Shown here: piece after piece, positions 34,243-45,645 of the stretch | Position numbering within the stretch: position 1 is the stretch's first letter | How the letters are laid out: every line of letters begins with the position of its first letter | Origin: Saprolegnia diclina VS20 | Lineage: Eukaryota | NCBI RefSeq assembly: GCF_000281045.1 | Contig: NW_008246100.1 | Coordinates: 145,385-209,384, forward strand | DNA: 64,000 nt | Reading direction: 5' to 3' | Notes under the pieces: model-generated | Databases searched by the model: none | Seen by the model: the letters and a program-made list of their open reading frames with translations, nothing else | Told to the model about the DNA's origin: nothing | Program-made: the position numbers and the translations under genes

Positions 34243-35813
34243 CTACACCGTGTCGTCGCCAGCGCGCCGCAGTTCCACACGGAGGGCATACGCCACCTCC
34301 ATCGCTGTCGGACGCACTGTCGGGTCGGCGTCCATGCACGAAGCTCCGAGTGCGCGGAACCAGTCGGGACAAGCGTCGCGGAAGGACGGCCGTAGCTCGC
34401 CGGCCATGACCTTGGCCATGATCACACTCTCCGTGAGCGGGTTGCCAGCCGGCGTGCATTTGTCCGCGTACGGTAGCTATCAGATCATATTGCATGAGTG
34501 CAACGTCATGCGTCACGACGCGATGTCACTACCGCGTGCGTGTCGAGCTCGGTGCAGATGACGCCGAACGAGTACATGTCCGCGGCCGTCGAGTAGTGAC
34601 CGTCAGTGAGGACCTCGGGCGCCATCCAGCGGTACGTGCCGACGCCGATGGTCATGGTCTCATCGTCCCACTGCTCGCGCGAGATGCCAAAGTCGGTGAG
34701 CTTTGCGCCTTTGACAGTGTCCAAGAGGATGTTGCGGGACTTGAGATCGCGGTGGACGACCTTGGGGTCAAGAAGATGCAGGTAGACAAGCGCGTCAGCA
34801 ATCGCAAGGGCGACCGAAAGCTTCTCTACCCACGGGTACGCATTCACCGTCGTTGCCACGAGCGCGGTGCGGAGGTCGCCGCGGTCCATAAACTCGGTGA
34901 TAAGCTGGACGTCGGCGAGACGCTTGTAGCTGACGCCAATGAAGCGAACGATGTGGTCGCAGTCCATCCTACATGCCTCGTTTTTAGATCGAGTCAGATT
35001 GCACAGTGAAAATACACACTTGGCCACGAGCTGGATCTCGGCCAAGAAGGCATGGACGGTCGCGGCGGTCGTCTTGAGAAGCGTCTTGACCGCGACGGGC
35101 TCGTCCATGTAGGTGCCATACCAGACTTCGCCAAAGGCGCCTTCGGCCAGCTTGCGCTCGAGCGTCACTTCGCGCGTATCGAGGCGCCAGAGCTGCAGCG
35201 CGTCTAGCCCATCCACTTCATCGGCTGACGATGCTTGCGTGTTCTTCGTAGAGCCCGTCTTGGCCGGCGTCGCTTCCAATAGGTGAAACTCGTCGCCAGC
35301 TCCTTGCGGGCGCTGTTGTCGGCGGAGTCGGTACACGACGTAGGCGCCGATGAGCGCCACTGCGATGGTGCAGCCGACAATAGCGAGCCACAAGCTGTTG
35401 TTGGATGCCTCTGTTGTTTGGTTTTGGAAAATGACTTGCGGCGTGGCCGAGGCACTGGTGGACCCGGGCGTGGCAGTCGCAGTCGACGGCAGCCAGGTTG
35501 TAAACGTTGGCGTCGGGGCCCCGTTCGTGCAGTTCATGGTCGATATCGGCACCTTGTTATTCGTGCTCGTGTCGAGAAAGAGGCACGAGTACGGCGTGCT
35601 CGCCTTGGCGGCGTTGACCATCCACGAGTTCAGCACCGTGAAGAGGCCGTAGCAGTAGACGTTGCTGCAGTAGACGTCGTGCTTGGTGCGATCTACCTTG
35701 AAGGCGTAGATGTCCGTGAGCGCTGGACACGGGTGGAAGTAGTCGCTCGGGTCGCTAAAGGTCTTCTCGTACTCGGCCATGGTCAAGGCGCAAAGATCGA
35801 TCGTTGCCGCCAT
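34243..35813 (-). CDS. TKL receptor-like kinase with a six-Cys ectodomain, Ser/Thr stalk and TM helix (multi-exon)
   Basis: LAEGAFGEVW, VAVK, HRDLKSRNILL, DFG, GTYRWMAPE, DMYSFGV; TM LWLAIVGCTIAVALIGAYVVY; last exon in ORF 34243-34425. Confidence 0.9.
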
Positions 35814-36064
35814 CGTTTCGATGTGCAATCTTGGACGGGCACCAACTGTTTAAAACATCCACTCAATGAAACAAACACATACAGGTAATCAATTTGCTAG
35901 GTGGTTTTAAACAGCAAGCCAGTGCCATCTGAAATGATCGAGGGTGATGGGCATCGAACTGGGGTATTGGCGCGTTGCCTCTGCCAAGATCGGTGCGCGC
36001 GCAATTCCAGCGTTGAAACCACAGATTTCACTCATCATTTTAGCCGCATTTTCCTTTTTTCAGT

Positions 36065-36544
36065 ATGACGCAGTTCTGGGTCGGTGTTGTCAGTGGCGCG
36101 CACGTACAGCGGGGCGTCGCGGGTGGCTTTGCCCAAGTGTGCCACGGCAAGGCCCATGAGCTCCGGCGCATGCGGCCCGGTGACGGCTTCATTTACTACT
36201 CGCCCCGCACCGAGATGATGAAAGCCGGGCGCGTGCTGCAGCAGTTTACTGCGATCGGGTACGTCACGAGCGCGGCGCCGTATCAAGTTCAGATGACGCC
36301 GGCCTTTCGACCCTTCCGCGTCAACGTTGCATATATACCGAGTACGCCGGCGCATATCCAGCGACTGAAATCGCACCTCGAGTGGACAAGTGCGACAAAG
36401 AGTTGGGGCCTGGTCCTGCGCCGCGGCCACTTCAAGATATCCGAAGCCGACTTTCTACGAATCGCAGCCGCCATGGGCGCGCGGCTTGACGAGAAGAAGC
36501 TTGAGAAAGAGGCACGCACGCCCGAGCTTCAAGGTAGCCAATGA
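36065..36544 (+). CDS. EVE-domain (UPF0310-like) protein, intronless
   Basis: FWVGVVS..HV..G..GGFAQVCHGK..LRRM.PGD..IYYSP..FTAIG..PFR..WG..LRRG.F.ISEADF..IA.AM. Confidence 0.88.
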   Translation: MTQFWVGVVSGAHVQRGVAGGFAQVCHGKAHELRRMRPGDGFIYYSPRTEMMKAGRVLQQFTAIGYVTSAAPYQVQMTPAFRPFRVNVAYIPSTPAHIQRLKSHLEWTSATKSWGLVLRRGHFKISEADFLRIAAAMGARLDEKKLEKEARTPELQGSQ

Positions 36545-37058
36545 GGCTGGAGCGGGAACGGTGCTTCTTTGCAACCTTTGCATATGATTCTCCTCGTCGC
36601 GGACCTGTAAAGCGCAGTAGGTTGCATGTTTAACGATGCTACTTGAAGTATTTGATGCTATGAAACTTTCTCAAGCACCGGCATGGTCGTCGACCGTGTT
36701 CTCAAGTCGGAATTCCAGGACCCAGTATCATGGGACGGGCCGGTGACGATGAGCGTTAGAACCGGATTGTGAAGATGACGCTGGCGTGTTCTATACGCGG
36801 TGGCGGCCGCTGTGATGTATCGTCGCAGCTCGGCGTTGGCGCTGCGAAATAGGTGCGCGCAACGACAACAGGTGCAGTGATGGTCGTACAAGATACTTTT
36901 TCTTTGCATTTTACCCAATCCGCAAAAAGTGCACAATCCACCAATCAAACGTATGGGCACCCTTGCAGTGGACCAATCGCTGCCGTTGTCGAGTTGCCAC
37001 AGCGTTAGTTCAACGACTTCAGTTTACATTTGCCAGCAACAAACACAAGCAGCGAGCG

Positions 37059-37574
37059 ATGGTGTACCGGATCGAGCAAGTGCGCTCGCTGCGGGCCAAG
37101 GTCGCCGCCGTCGCCGAGGCCGCCGACAGCATCGTCTACTACGTCATCGAAGTCGAGCATGGCACCTCGGCGTGGAGCATCGCGAAGCGCTACTCGGACT
37201 TTCACGAGCTCTGGTCGGCGCTGCATGCGCACTTTGCCGCGCCGCCCGACGACGACTGCCACGCCGAGGTCGCGACTGACGTCGTGGACCTTGACTTTCC
37301 CAAGAAGAAGATATTTCGCTCGCACGAGCTCGCGCTCAGCCGCCTCGACGCGCTCCGAAGCTACCTCAAGCTTCTCATCATTGCGCTCCAAGACGACCTC
37401 TGCGACGACGACACGACATGCGACGCCGCCACGCGCCTTCGCGCGTTCCTCGGTGTTGACGCGCTCTCGGAGGACGATACGGGCATGGATTGCTTGCCCT
37501 TCGAGCCCACGAAGGCTCACTTTTTTTACCGCGCAGCGAGTTCCTGTGCAAGCCGCACCGACTGGTCGCCATGA
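37059..37574 (+). CDS. PX-domain protein
   Basis: YYVIEV..KRYSDFHELW..FPKKK..RL..LRSYL..LRAFL. Confidence 0.8.
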   Translation: MVYRIEQVRSLRAKVAAVAEAADSIVYYVIEVEHGTSAWSIAKRYSDFHELWSALHAHFAAPPDDDCHAEVATDVVDLDFPKKKIFRSHELALSRLDALRSYLKLLIIALQDDLCDDDTTCDAATRLRAFLGVDALSEDDTGMDCLPFEPTKAHFFYRAASSCASRTDWSP

Positions 37575-37629
37575 TCTGTTCGCGTAATTTATTTTGTTTT
37601 TATTCACATCTGACACACACAGCAGCGAC

Positions 37630-38069
37630 TCAAGCTGTCGAACGGAGACGCCGCGGGCGCAGGCGCGCCTTGGCGACGCGGGCTTCGTCTTGCGACGGCA
37701 CGCGCTCTACCTCCTACGAGGTCGGTGTTGGATGACATTTCAGAAGGGTCTCGCACCTTGGCAAGAAGACGATGGGCAATCTCAAGCTGCATACGCACCG
37801 GCATCGTGTCCATGGACGAGGCATGCAAGCACTGGCGAGTATGAAATCGAGCGATGCGACCACGAGATGGCACGTACACTATTGAGGATATCGCACGCCG
37901 TGTGCAAGATATGGCAGTGCAGCGGCTCCTTTGCAAACGCTTCGTCGAAAGGGTTGAGGAGGTCGCGGTCTTGGAGCTTGGAGGCAACGCGAGCCTGGAT
38001 CTGGGCCTTGACAGCGACGCGCACATCCAGGCGCCACGCGTCATCGTCGTCGCGTATAACGTCCGGCAT
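37630..38069 (-). CDS. Small hypothetical 3-exon gene
   Basis: MPDVIRDDDDAW..ILN / CLHASS..LLAK / EVERVPSQDEARVAKARLRPRRLRSTA* can be spliced with two canonical short GT-AG introns. Confidence 0.45.
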
Positions 38070-38745
38070 GACGAAAATTATTGAAACCAACGAGGTTGCA
38101 ACGCCCGCATTCACACTCGTTCGCTTCTTGGTACGGCGTAAGGCGGTCCATCAACGTGCTGGTGTTGGAATATTGTTGCTGGAACGAAATGGCAAGGAAG
38201 AGTGATGTAGCTTCCGTGCGTCGTCGTCACGTCACAGGATGCCTTCGTTGACGCACCGGGTTTGAATGAAGCGACTGACGAGGAACGTGCTGCAAGCTCA
38301 CGCGTAATGAGGTTTGGGTACCTTCATCTTATTTGCCCGTCGTCGAGTCCGAGGTTGTGTTGCCGTCGCTCGTCGAGTGGTCGTATAGGACAACACCGTA
38401 CTTGCGAACATGACGAGAAGCGCGTCTCTGAAAGCTGTGGCGAGGAGCCACTCGTGTACGCGGTGACTGTCATGCCAGTACGGCAGTGGGGATGCGGGCT
38501 CGGGCTGGCGCTTGCTTTGTCCTGGTGTATACCTTTCGGCTCGTACAAGTCCCTTCTTGGAACCCGCCTAATTTGCAAAATAATCGGAAAATGCAGCGAC
38601 TAATAACGTGACCGGCTACCCCGTTCGACACGATTAGAGCAAAGACTTGCATTTACAAGAACATATCCTGAGTGATATTGTAGTTGGTGTAATGACAAAT
38701 TAGATTAGGTAGATGAGCGCAAAACCGGATGTACTCTCAAGAAGC

Positions 38746-39435
38746 TCACGCAGCCTGGTACGGGGCGCCATTGGCGGTGGCCGCAGCCTCCGGCGACGGC
38801 TTGGTGCACTGGGCCTGAATGAGGAGCCCGACGAGGAACGTGCCAAAAAAGAGGCCCACGACAAGGTCTGGGCTCAAGCCTGAATCCCGGTTCTTGTTCT
38901 TGGTGGTCGTCGTGTACGTATAGCCGTCACTGTTCGTGTAGCGGTACGTTGTCGAGTAGCTAGAGTCCTCGCCCTTCCCGATGACATAGACGGAGATCGC
39001 GAGTGTGATCATGAGGGCGCCACTGAGCGCCGTCGAGAGAAGTTGCGCGCGTTGGTGGCGACCGCCCCAGCCGCCGAGCGCGCCACTGACCGCAGTCGCA
39101 GCAAGCAGCACGAGAAACGGAGACGCCGAGCTGCTAAAGGCCGCTGTCAGCGCAAAGGCGGGGAAGCCCACAATGAAGAAACCGCGCGAGGACGGCGCCA
39201 AGCACGGCGTGACCAATGCAACGGAGGCAAAGACGGTGAAGGCGACAGCGCCACCGGTCGTGATTTCGCTCGAGACGACGCGGCCAAACATCCACGCAAA
39301 GGAAAACGCGTAGAAGAAGCACGAGACGAGCGCCGAGTACGTGGGGATGCCAGCGCCGTAGAAGACCATGGGCAGTGCGAGAAAGAGCGCGATAGTGACG
39401 AGCACCAAGTCGAAGCCGCCGCCGTTGTCAAACAT
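38746..39435 (-). CDS. Multi-pass membrane protein (DUF4203/TM7S3-like)
   Basis: About 7 hydrophobic helices; F.G motif near the N-terminus; LSTALSGA..I..IS; QAQ after the last TM; INR/FPR immediately upstream. Confidence 0.65.
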   Translation of the reverse strand: MFDNGGGFDLVLVTIALFLALPMVFYGAGIPTYSALVSCFFYAFSFAWMFGRVVSSEITTGGAVAFTVFASVALVTPCLAPSSRGFFIVGFPAFALTAAFSSSASPFLVLLAATAVSGALGGWGGRHQRAQLLSTALSGALMITLAISVYVIGKGEDSSYSTTYRYTNSDGYTYTTTTKNKNRDSGLSPDLVVGLFFGTFLVGLLIQAQCTKPSPEAAATANGAPYQAA

Positions 39436-39449
39436 GTTGCTAGAGATGG

Positions 39450-39465
39450 AAATTGGAAAATGAGT
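39450..39465 (-). promoter_or_regulatory. Oomycete INR+FPR core promoter
   Basis: ACTCATTTTCCAATTT on the minus strand, 15 nt upstream of ATG 39435. Confidence 0.7.
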
Positions 39466-41121
39466 GGGTTGACGATAACGTTTTGGCGCGTTCCACTCAT
39501 AAAAGGTACTCCGCGGTGGATTCACCACTGTGACACCGCTGTGTCCAACCAGGGTGAGCGGTGGACAGGACGACGTTGGGGCGACTCTGCATACTAAAAA
39601 CAAGTACACTCTCGAAATGGTGGACAAGGTTCGACAAGGCGACATGTGATCGCGCCACGCGGCTGCTGTCACACAGACGAGGACACGAGACGCTCGTGGA
39701 CAGCTCTGGTGAATTGAAGACGTATCCGGATACGCTGACAAATGGCGCGAACCTCCCGGTCGGTGGCAGTTTTTGTAATGTCCTAGACCAATGGTCCTGC
39801 GCAGGTCGTACGTCGACTTGTGTCTTGTATACTTGTACCTCCGTGCATGTGGGCGCAAGCAGCAAGCACCAATGGGAAGATCCACCTGGGGCCTGCGACT
39901 GGGAATCGACACAAGGCCGTTGCCTGGTCGTGATCAGTGTTGTTTCTCGAGTATCGCGCCAGCTACACGTACAGTCTGTCGTCGCCTCAGCGTATAGTTG
40001 GCCTTGACGTGGGATTGACCAGCGTTCTTGATTTTCTTGTTGCCACTGCAATTGCCAACTCGCCACGATCTCGCCTTCTATGCATGCTGCTATTCATTCT
40101 TCCGCAACTTCTTCTTCGTCACGTTTCCCGCCTTTGCATGGACGGCGCTCTTTTGCTGCTCGGCGTCACCGCCTTTTTGTTTTGCCTTGCGACAACTGTC
40201 GGAGGCGCTGATGCGGCCACTGCGTGAAAGGAATTGGCCATTCGATAACGTGCCCCACTCGCAGCGAAGGCTACTCAGTACATGTATATATGGACGACCA
40301 AGACCGACGCGTGCACGAGCCGAAGCCTCACTTTGAGCGCTCCCCTTGACAGTCTCCGAGGGCGACTCAATAAGGTATCTTCCGAATCGCTGACGACGAT
40401 CAAAGCTACCACGACTGACTCGGAGAACAAGAGTAACTACACTGCTCCGTGTAGTCGACTAGTAAGTTATGTTGAATCGCCACAGTACAAGTAGTTTTGA
40501 CTTTAGTGGATCAAGCGCCGTGTCCTCGTCCAAAGTTCCAGCATGAAGGGATCATTTGGCGCCAATAAAGCAATATAGATCTTAGTCAAGGATGGCTGCG
40601 AATGCATCAGACCGCTGTAAGGCAGGGAGATCAGCCCGATGCACAGCTTGGAGCAGTCGGACGCCTGCACCACGCACGTCGTCGCGACCGGACACCGCGT
40701 GCGCGAAGAGTCTCACTATTGAAGCTCTGTTGCCGTACCTCGGCAGATCGGTCGACGACGATCTCTCGAACGCTGCCGCCTTCGCCGCGCGCATGGCTCT
40801 CCTCGCTGCTCCGTCCATGCTTCCTGGACAAGCCATGTAGCGCCAACTCTCTATCCCATCCTCTCGCAGCCATGCTCGACTGCATGAACCTGGCTCCGTC
40901 TTCCGCAGTGGGACCTCGCGCGATGGCTGGCGTCATGGAGTCGCGTCCGTCGAGCTCCTCCGTGTTGCCGCCTGCAGCATCCGGATACAGGCGGCGGAAG
41001 AATATTGGAACGAAGAAGTGTAATTTTTCTTTATGTTTGAATTATGTCTTGAAGTTTGTAGCGGATAAAAAAGGACGCTCGGGGCCGCGGATTTCCGATA
41101 TTGGCACACAGACCCCAGAAG

Positions 41122-42504
41122 ATGGCGTCGGAGCACCCGAGCCGCGCCCAGCGCGCTGCGTCCGAGGCCATGGGCCCGTCGCCGAGCGGCGAGCACCCGT
41201 ATGGCCGCCGCATGTCGGAGCAAGGGTACACGAGCCGGCGAAGCCTCGACGACGCGATGGACGTGGACATGGGCAGCCTCGGCAGCGACGGCGGCGGCTT
41301 TGCGGGCGTGCGCATCGCGGTCCCGCCGCTCGAGATCCCGTCGTCTAGCCTTGGCGAGCTCTCAAACTTTCGGCTGGACGCGTACAAGGAAGGCAACCTG
41401 GACCTCTCGATGAGCATGGACGCGTACGCGATGAATGTCATCGAGGAAGGCCGGCGCGTGATCCGCCATTTCTTAGAGACGTGCAAGTGCTACGACGTCA
41501 TCAAGAACTCTGGCAAAGTGGTCGTCTTTGACGTCAAGATTCCGATGAACCTCGCATTCTTTGCGCTCGTCGAGCACCACATCAAGTCGGTGCCGCTCTG
41601 GGACGCGGACCAAGGCTGCTTTGTGGGCATGTTTACGTCGACGGACTTTGTCAACATCCTGCGCCACTTTTACAGCACAGGATCGCCGATGAACGCGGCG
41701 GCCGAGCACAGCATTGCGTCCTGGAAGGCGCTGAGCCTGCGCATGAATTTGTTGCCGCCGACGCACTCGCAGATGCTGTACGTCTCGCCCGAAGACTCGC
41801 TCCTCTCGGCCCTCCTTCTGCTTCGCACGCACCAACTGCACCGCCTCGCGGTCCTCGACACGCAGCAAAACTCGGTGCTCTCGATCCTCACGCACTTTGG
41901 CATCCTCGAGTACCTCGTCTCGACCTTCCGCGAGCAGCGCCGGCTCTTTGATCAGTCGATCGTCGAGCTCGGCATTGGCACATTCACGAACCTCATCACG
42001 GTGCCCGAAGACACGCCGCTCATCCACGTCTTGCACACGCTCATGGAGCAACGGATATCCGCCGTGCCGATCGTCGATGCCAGTGGTATATATATGGATC
42101 CTCCGCCATGGATCTCAAGGCGATGCTAGGCGCGGTCGTAAATCTCTACTCGGTCTCGGACGTCACGGTAGCCGACCATAGTTGTGTATTCGCTCATGCG
42201 CTGGACGATGTAGGAGCTGGTGAAGGACAGAACGATCTCGACGCTGGACGCGGCTGTCGGCGACATCTTGCGCGTCCAGCAAGCCGAGGTATAGCTTCGC
42301 TGTGCCATGACGAGCTGGGTTGATGAAGCCGCGTAGGGAATTTTGGGCGACAACCTCCACTTTTGCTCCCAGCAGGACACGCTGCACATGCTCTTTGAGA
42401 AGTTTGCGGCTGCCAAGGCGCACCACTTGGTCTGCGCGGACGAGAGCCGCCGCTGTGTAGGAATCGTAGCGCTTAGTGATTTGTTTAATTATTTCCTGCA
42501 ATAA
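41122..42504 (+). CDS. AMP-activated protein kinase gamma subunit (SNF4-like, CBS domains), multi-exon
   Basis: CYDVIKNSGKVVVFD..AFFALV..PLWD..FVGM.TSTDF.NIL; HRL.V.D; ISAVPIVD; terminal GIVALSDLFNYFL. Confidence 0.92.
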
Positions 42505-43493
42505 ACGGCAGCGCCATGCACGCACCCACGTTCCCACCGACACACTAGAACACGTCGAACGACCAAGATCTTGGGGCCTTCTTCGAGCCAAAGCACCACC
42601 GAGACCGACTCATGCGACAAGTTTAGTCATACGTAGCAGCAGCAGCCAAAATGTGGTCTAGATCATCAACTACAAGCCACCTTCACTACAAGCCCTTGGT
42701 CCACGCTGGACAAGCCGTGGCGGGACCCCACCATCTACATTCTCAACTGACTGCTCGTACCACCAATACCAACCGCATAGGTGCTTGCCAATAAGAAAAT
42801 ATGACGCGCCAGGTACTCTAGCTGTTTGATCGTCAGCGCACACACCGTCGTCGTTTGCGTCGCCAACGTTGCCGATCACAAAGATTTGGGTACCGCCACT
42901 CCCATGCCTGGCAAAATCCGACCCTTTTCTTTGGCCCTTTGCCAACAACAAGCGCGACTCCCAAGGCAAGATCCCACACCGCTTGAATAGGACGTTGGTA
43001 GCGCCTTGTCCAGATACAGCAACAGAACGCTGTCATTTCAAAGACATGGCACAAAAAGCTGCGCTCATTTTCGAGCGCAGTATCAATGTATCAAGAATGC
43101 GTGATGAAATACATGGTTCTTTGAAGTGCCAAACTCTGGGGATTGTGCTACTACAAGGCCACAAGAACGAGTCATTCTCGTATGTCTCAACGTACCGATG
43201 TGTCGAAGAGAGATACAAGCTGCTGTAGCGGGTGCTGAAAATGCATTCAACGGTTTGCCCGCTGGACTTCATGTACTCTCAGTGTACTCGCAAGGCTAGT
43301 AGAATTGAGCCATAGTTTTTGGCACAGCTCCTGGAATGGCACATGGCACACATCATGGTTCACGTGCTCCTACGAAGGGCATGACCCTGTCTCCGACTGT
43401 AGTCGCGCCAACGCACAAGGCAGAGAGGAGAGTGCGAAATAAATAGGTCTATTTTCAAAGCGCTAATAATAATACTACGACCGAATAACGGTT

Positions 43494-44087
43494 CTACAAG
43501 GAAGGGCCGACCGCGGACGAAGCCGGCGTCGTCGCATAGAACGCAAGCTCGTGCACATCGAGGCTGCTCCGGTGGCTCGAGTGGCTCGTCGAGTTGGAGA
43601 GCACCTCGGTGTTACGGCGGCTGCGGTACCACGCGTCCGGGTAGATCGTATCGAGCTGGACGCTGTCGTACATGGTCAGCGCTTGGTTGCTCTTGTCGTA
43701 GACCGAGAGGAAGCTCAAAATGGCTTTCGCGCCACCGCAGAGGTGCGCTTCGTCGCAGAGGTCGCCTTGGATCGCGAGCAACGTGGCTTTCAGAAAGGCT
43801 TGGAGGTCCTCAAAGCGGCGCTGGCGCGAGGCCTTGGTCGAAAAGAGGAGCTTCTTCGGGAAGCGCGGGAGGTGCGAGCAGAGCGTGCAGCTGTCGCGGG
43901 CGGCGTGCGCGCGGGCAGCCGCGTACAGCGTTGTCCAGAGTGCGTGGAACTCCGAGTAGCGCTTCGCGACGTAGTAGGACCGGTCGCCGTGGTGGATCTG
44001 GACCACATAGTACGTCGTCTCTTCGTGCTCGCCGACGGCCACGATCTTGGCGTGGACGCCATGGACGTTCTCGATCTTGTAGAGCAT
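43494..44087 (-). CDS. PX-domain protein, paralog of 37059-37574
   Basis: TYYVVQI..KRYSEFHALW..FPKKL..QRRFEDLQAFL; shares the M.Y.IE.V start and DLCD..C motif with the paralog. Confidence 0.8.
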   Translation of the reverse strand: MLYKIENVHGVHAKIVAVGEHEETTYYVVQIHHGDRSYYVAKRYSEFHALWTTLYAAARAHAARDSCTLCSHLPRFPKKLLFSTKASRQRRFEDLQAFLKATLLAIQGDLCDEAHLCGGAKAILSFLSVYDKSNQALTMYDSVQLDTIYPDAWYRSRRNTEVLSNSTSHSSHRSSLDVHELAFYATTPASSAVGPSL

Positions 44088-44112
44088 AGTATTGATCTTG
44101 CTTTTGCAAGCG

Positions 44113-44128
44113 AAAATGGAAAATGAGC
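44113..44128 (-). promoter_or_regulatory. Oomycete INR+FPR core promoter
   Basis: GCTCATTTTCCATTTT on the minus strand, 26 nt upstream of ATG 44087. Confidence 0.75.
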
Positions 44129-45216
44129 GCTTGTGTCAACCTCGCCATTCCTCGCACATGTCGCAGGTTTTGGATGATGCAATCCGGGGGGCCGACATCC
44201 ACTTGGAGTTTGTATACCAGTGTTGATGATTACGCGGCAGGTTTTGGCAATTGCGGGCGCGGCACTGTGGATAATCAAGAAGCGACCGTCGTTCGGCGCG
44301 TTGTCCCGCGAGCGCTACGAAGACCGACGAAGGAATCAAATGCAAAATGCTAGTAGTCAAAATGCGCGTACCTCCATCGAGGGCAGACTTTGGGATAGAG
44401 CGACTTTGTCGCAGATAGCACCACATTGGAGTGAACGTCTTCGTCGTCGCCTCGTGATCATGTATGATGCATCGGTATCGCGTGCATGTTCATGCTATTG
44501 TCGCCGCAGCGGCATCATGGACACCCTGTGCACGCGTCATGTGTCTGTACCATGCACCGAGCGATGATGGTCATCGCCGGATCTACGGCGTGCGCATGAT
44601 ACAATGTCCTGTCCAGTAATCCACGTAAGCTCTGTCCATGATGACGCTCGGAGCGAGACGGGTGATGGAGACCCATCGGCAGGATTTATCAATATTTTCG
44701 AGTGGATTTTTAATTTTGTTGGCGGCGAGTTGAGGTCATGACTCTCGACGACCTCTACTTGCATGTCAACCTATACTTGTACGACGGCAGCATCATCAAA
44801 CCGCTGTGCATCGCTGGCAAGAATGGCTGCCGACTTGATCAGGATGACACTAGAGCACGTCATTAGCAAGGACGGGGGCATTGCTGATCGAAGATGAGAT
44901 CCGTGAGCGGAAAAGACGGGTGGGATCTGTCACTTTGCTGGGTTTATGCAGCCTTGCGTGGCCGCACGTGTTGTCGTCTCGGCGCCTCTTCATTTCTTGT
45001 TGACTCCTAGTGAAGCCATGGGGTTATTGACCCTTGGTGAAGCCTTCTATCAAGGCAGTACAGCTTATATCAGCTTGAGTACCGATGATGCTGCGTACGG
45101 ATTCTCAAAGCCCCAAGGTAGACAGGAAAAGGAGGGTATTGGTGCAAGACAATGCACGCACGTGTCGCTTTTGTCGTTGCTTAGTTACGTGTTTCTAATA
45201 TATGGAGGCAGGACGC

Positions 45217-45645
45217 TTAGAACTGCTGCTGGGCCTGGCGCTCGCACATCTTGAACTGGTCAAAGTAGAATTGGCACGCGGCGACGTCGTTGCTGTTGGC
45301 GTTGAGGCAGTCCGTGAACGACTTGTTCTGGTTCGCGCACGGGTTGGCCTGCTGGGGCGCGGCGGCGGCCGGGGCGGCCTCCTGCTGCTGGCTGTCGCTG
45401 CCACCGCCGATCGAGTTGGCGACGGCGCCGACGGCGCGGTGGGCGATAGCGCTACCCGTACCGAAGGCCATGCCCTGCGCGACGGTGCCCATGAGGCCGG
45501 CCATCATGCCGCCACCACCCGACTGCTGCTGCATCGGGGCGGGGGCAGGCGCGGCGTGGACGGGAGCCGGGGCCGGGGCGGGCTTGGCCGCAGGCGCGGG
45601 GCGGCGGGCAGGGGCGGGGGCAGCGGAACGGCGGGAGCGGGCCAT
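45217..45645 (-). CDS. CHCHD2/CHCHD10/Mix17 family mitochondrial intermembrane-space protein
   Basis: GMM..TVAQGMAFGTGSAIAHRAV and a twin CX9C motif (CANQNKSFTDC..CQFYFDQFKMC); INR GCTCATTCTCC upstream. Confidence 0.93.
   Translation of the reverse strand: MARSRRSAAPAPARRPAPAAKPAPAPAPVHAAPAPAPMQQQSGGGGMMAGLMGTVAQGMAFGTGSAIAHRAVGAVANSIGGGSDSQQQEAAPAAAAPQQANPCANQNKSFTDCLNANSNDVAACQFYFDQFKMCERQAQQQF

Noticed and set aside
39500..41000. Several 70-190 aa ORFs between the DUF4203-like and AMPK-gamma genes
   Set aside because: No consistent codon bias, motif or splice model; may be degenerate remnants but cannot be supported
42510..43400. Possible pseudogene or TE remnant (similar stretches at 25250-26050, 27800-28550, 44200-45100 and 48000-49200)
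   Set aside because: Stop-interrupted frames with no recognisable RT, integrase or transposase motifs by eye; needs a RepeatMasker/tBLASTx search
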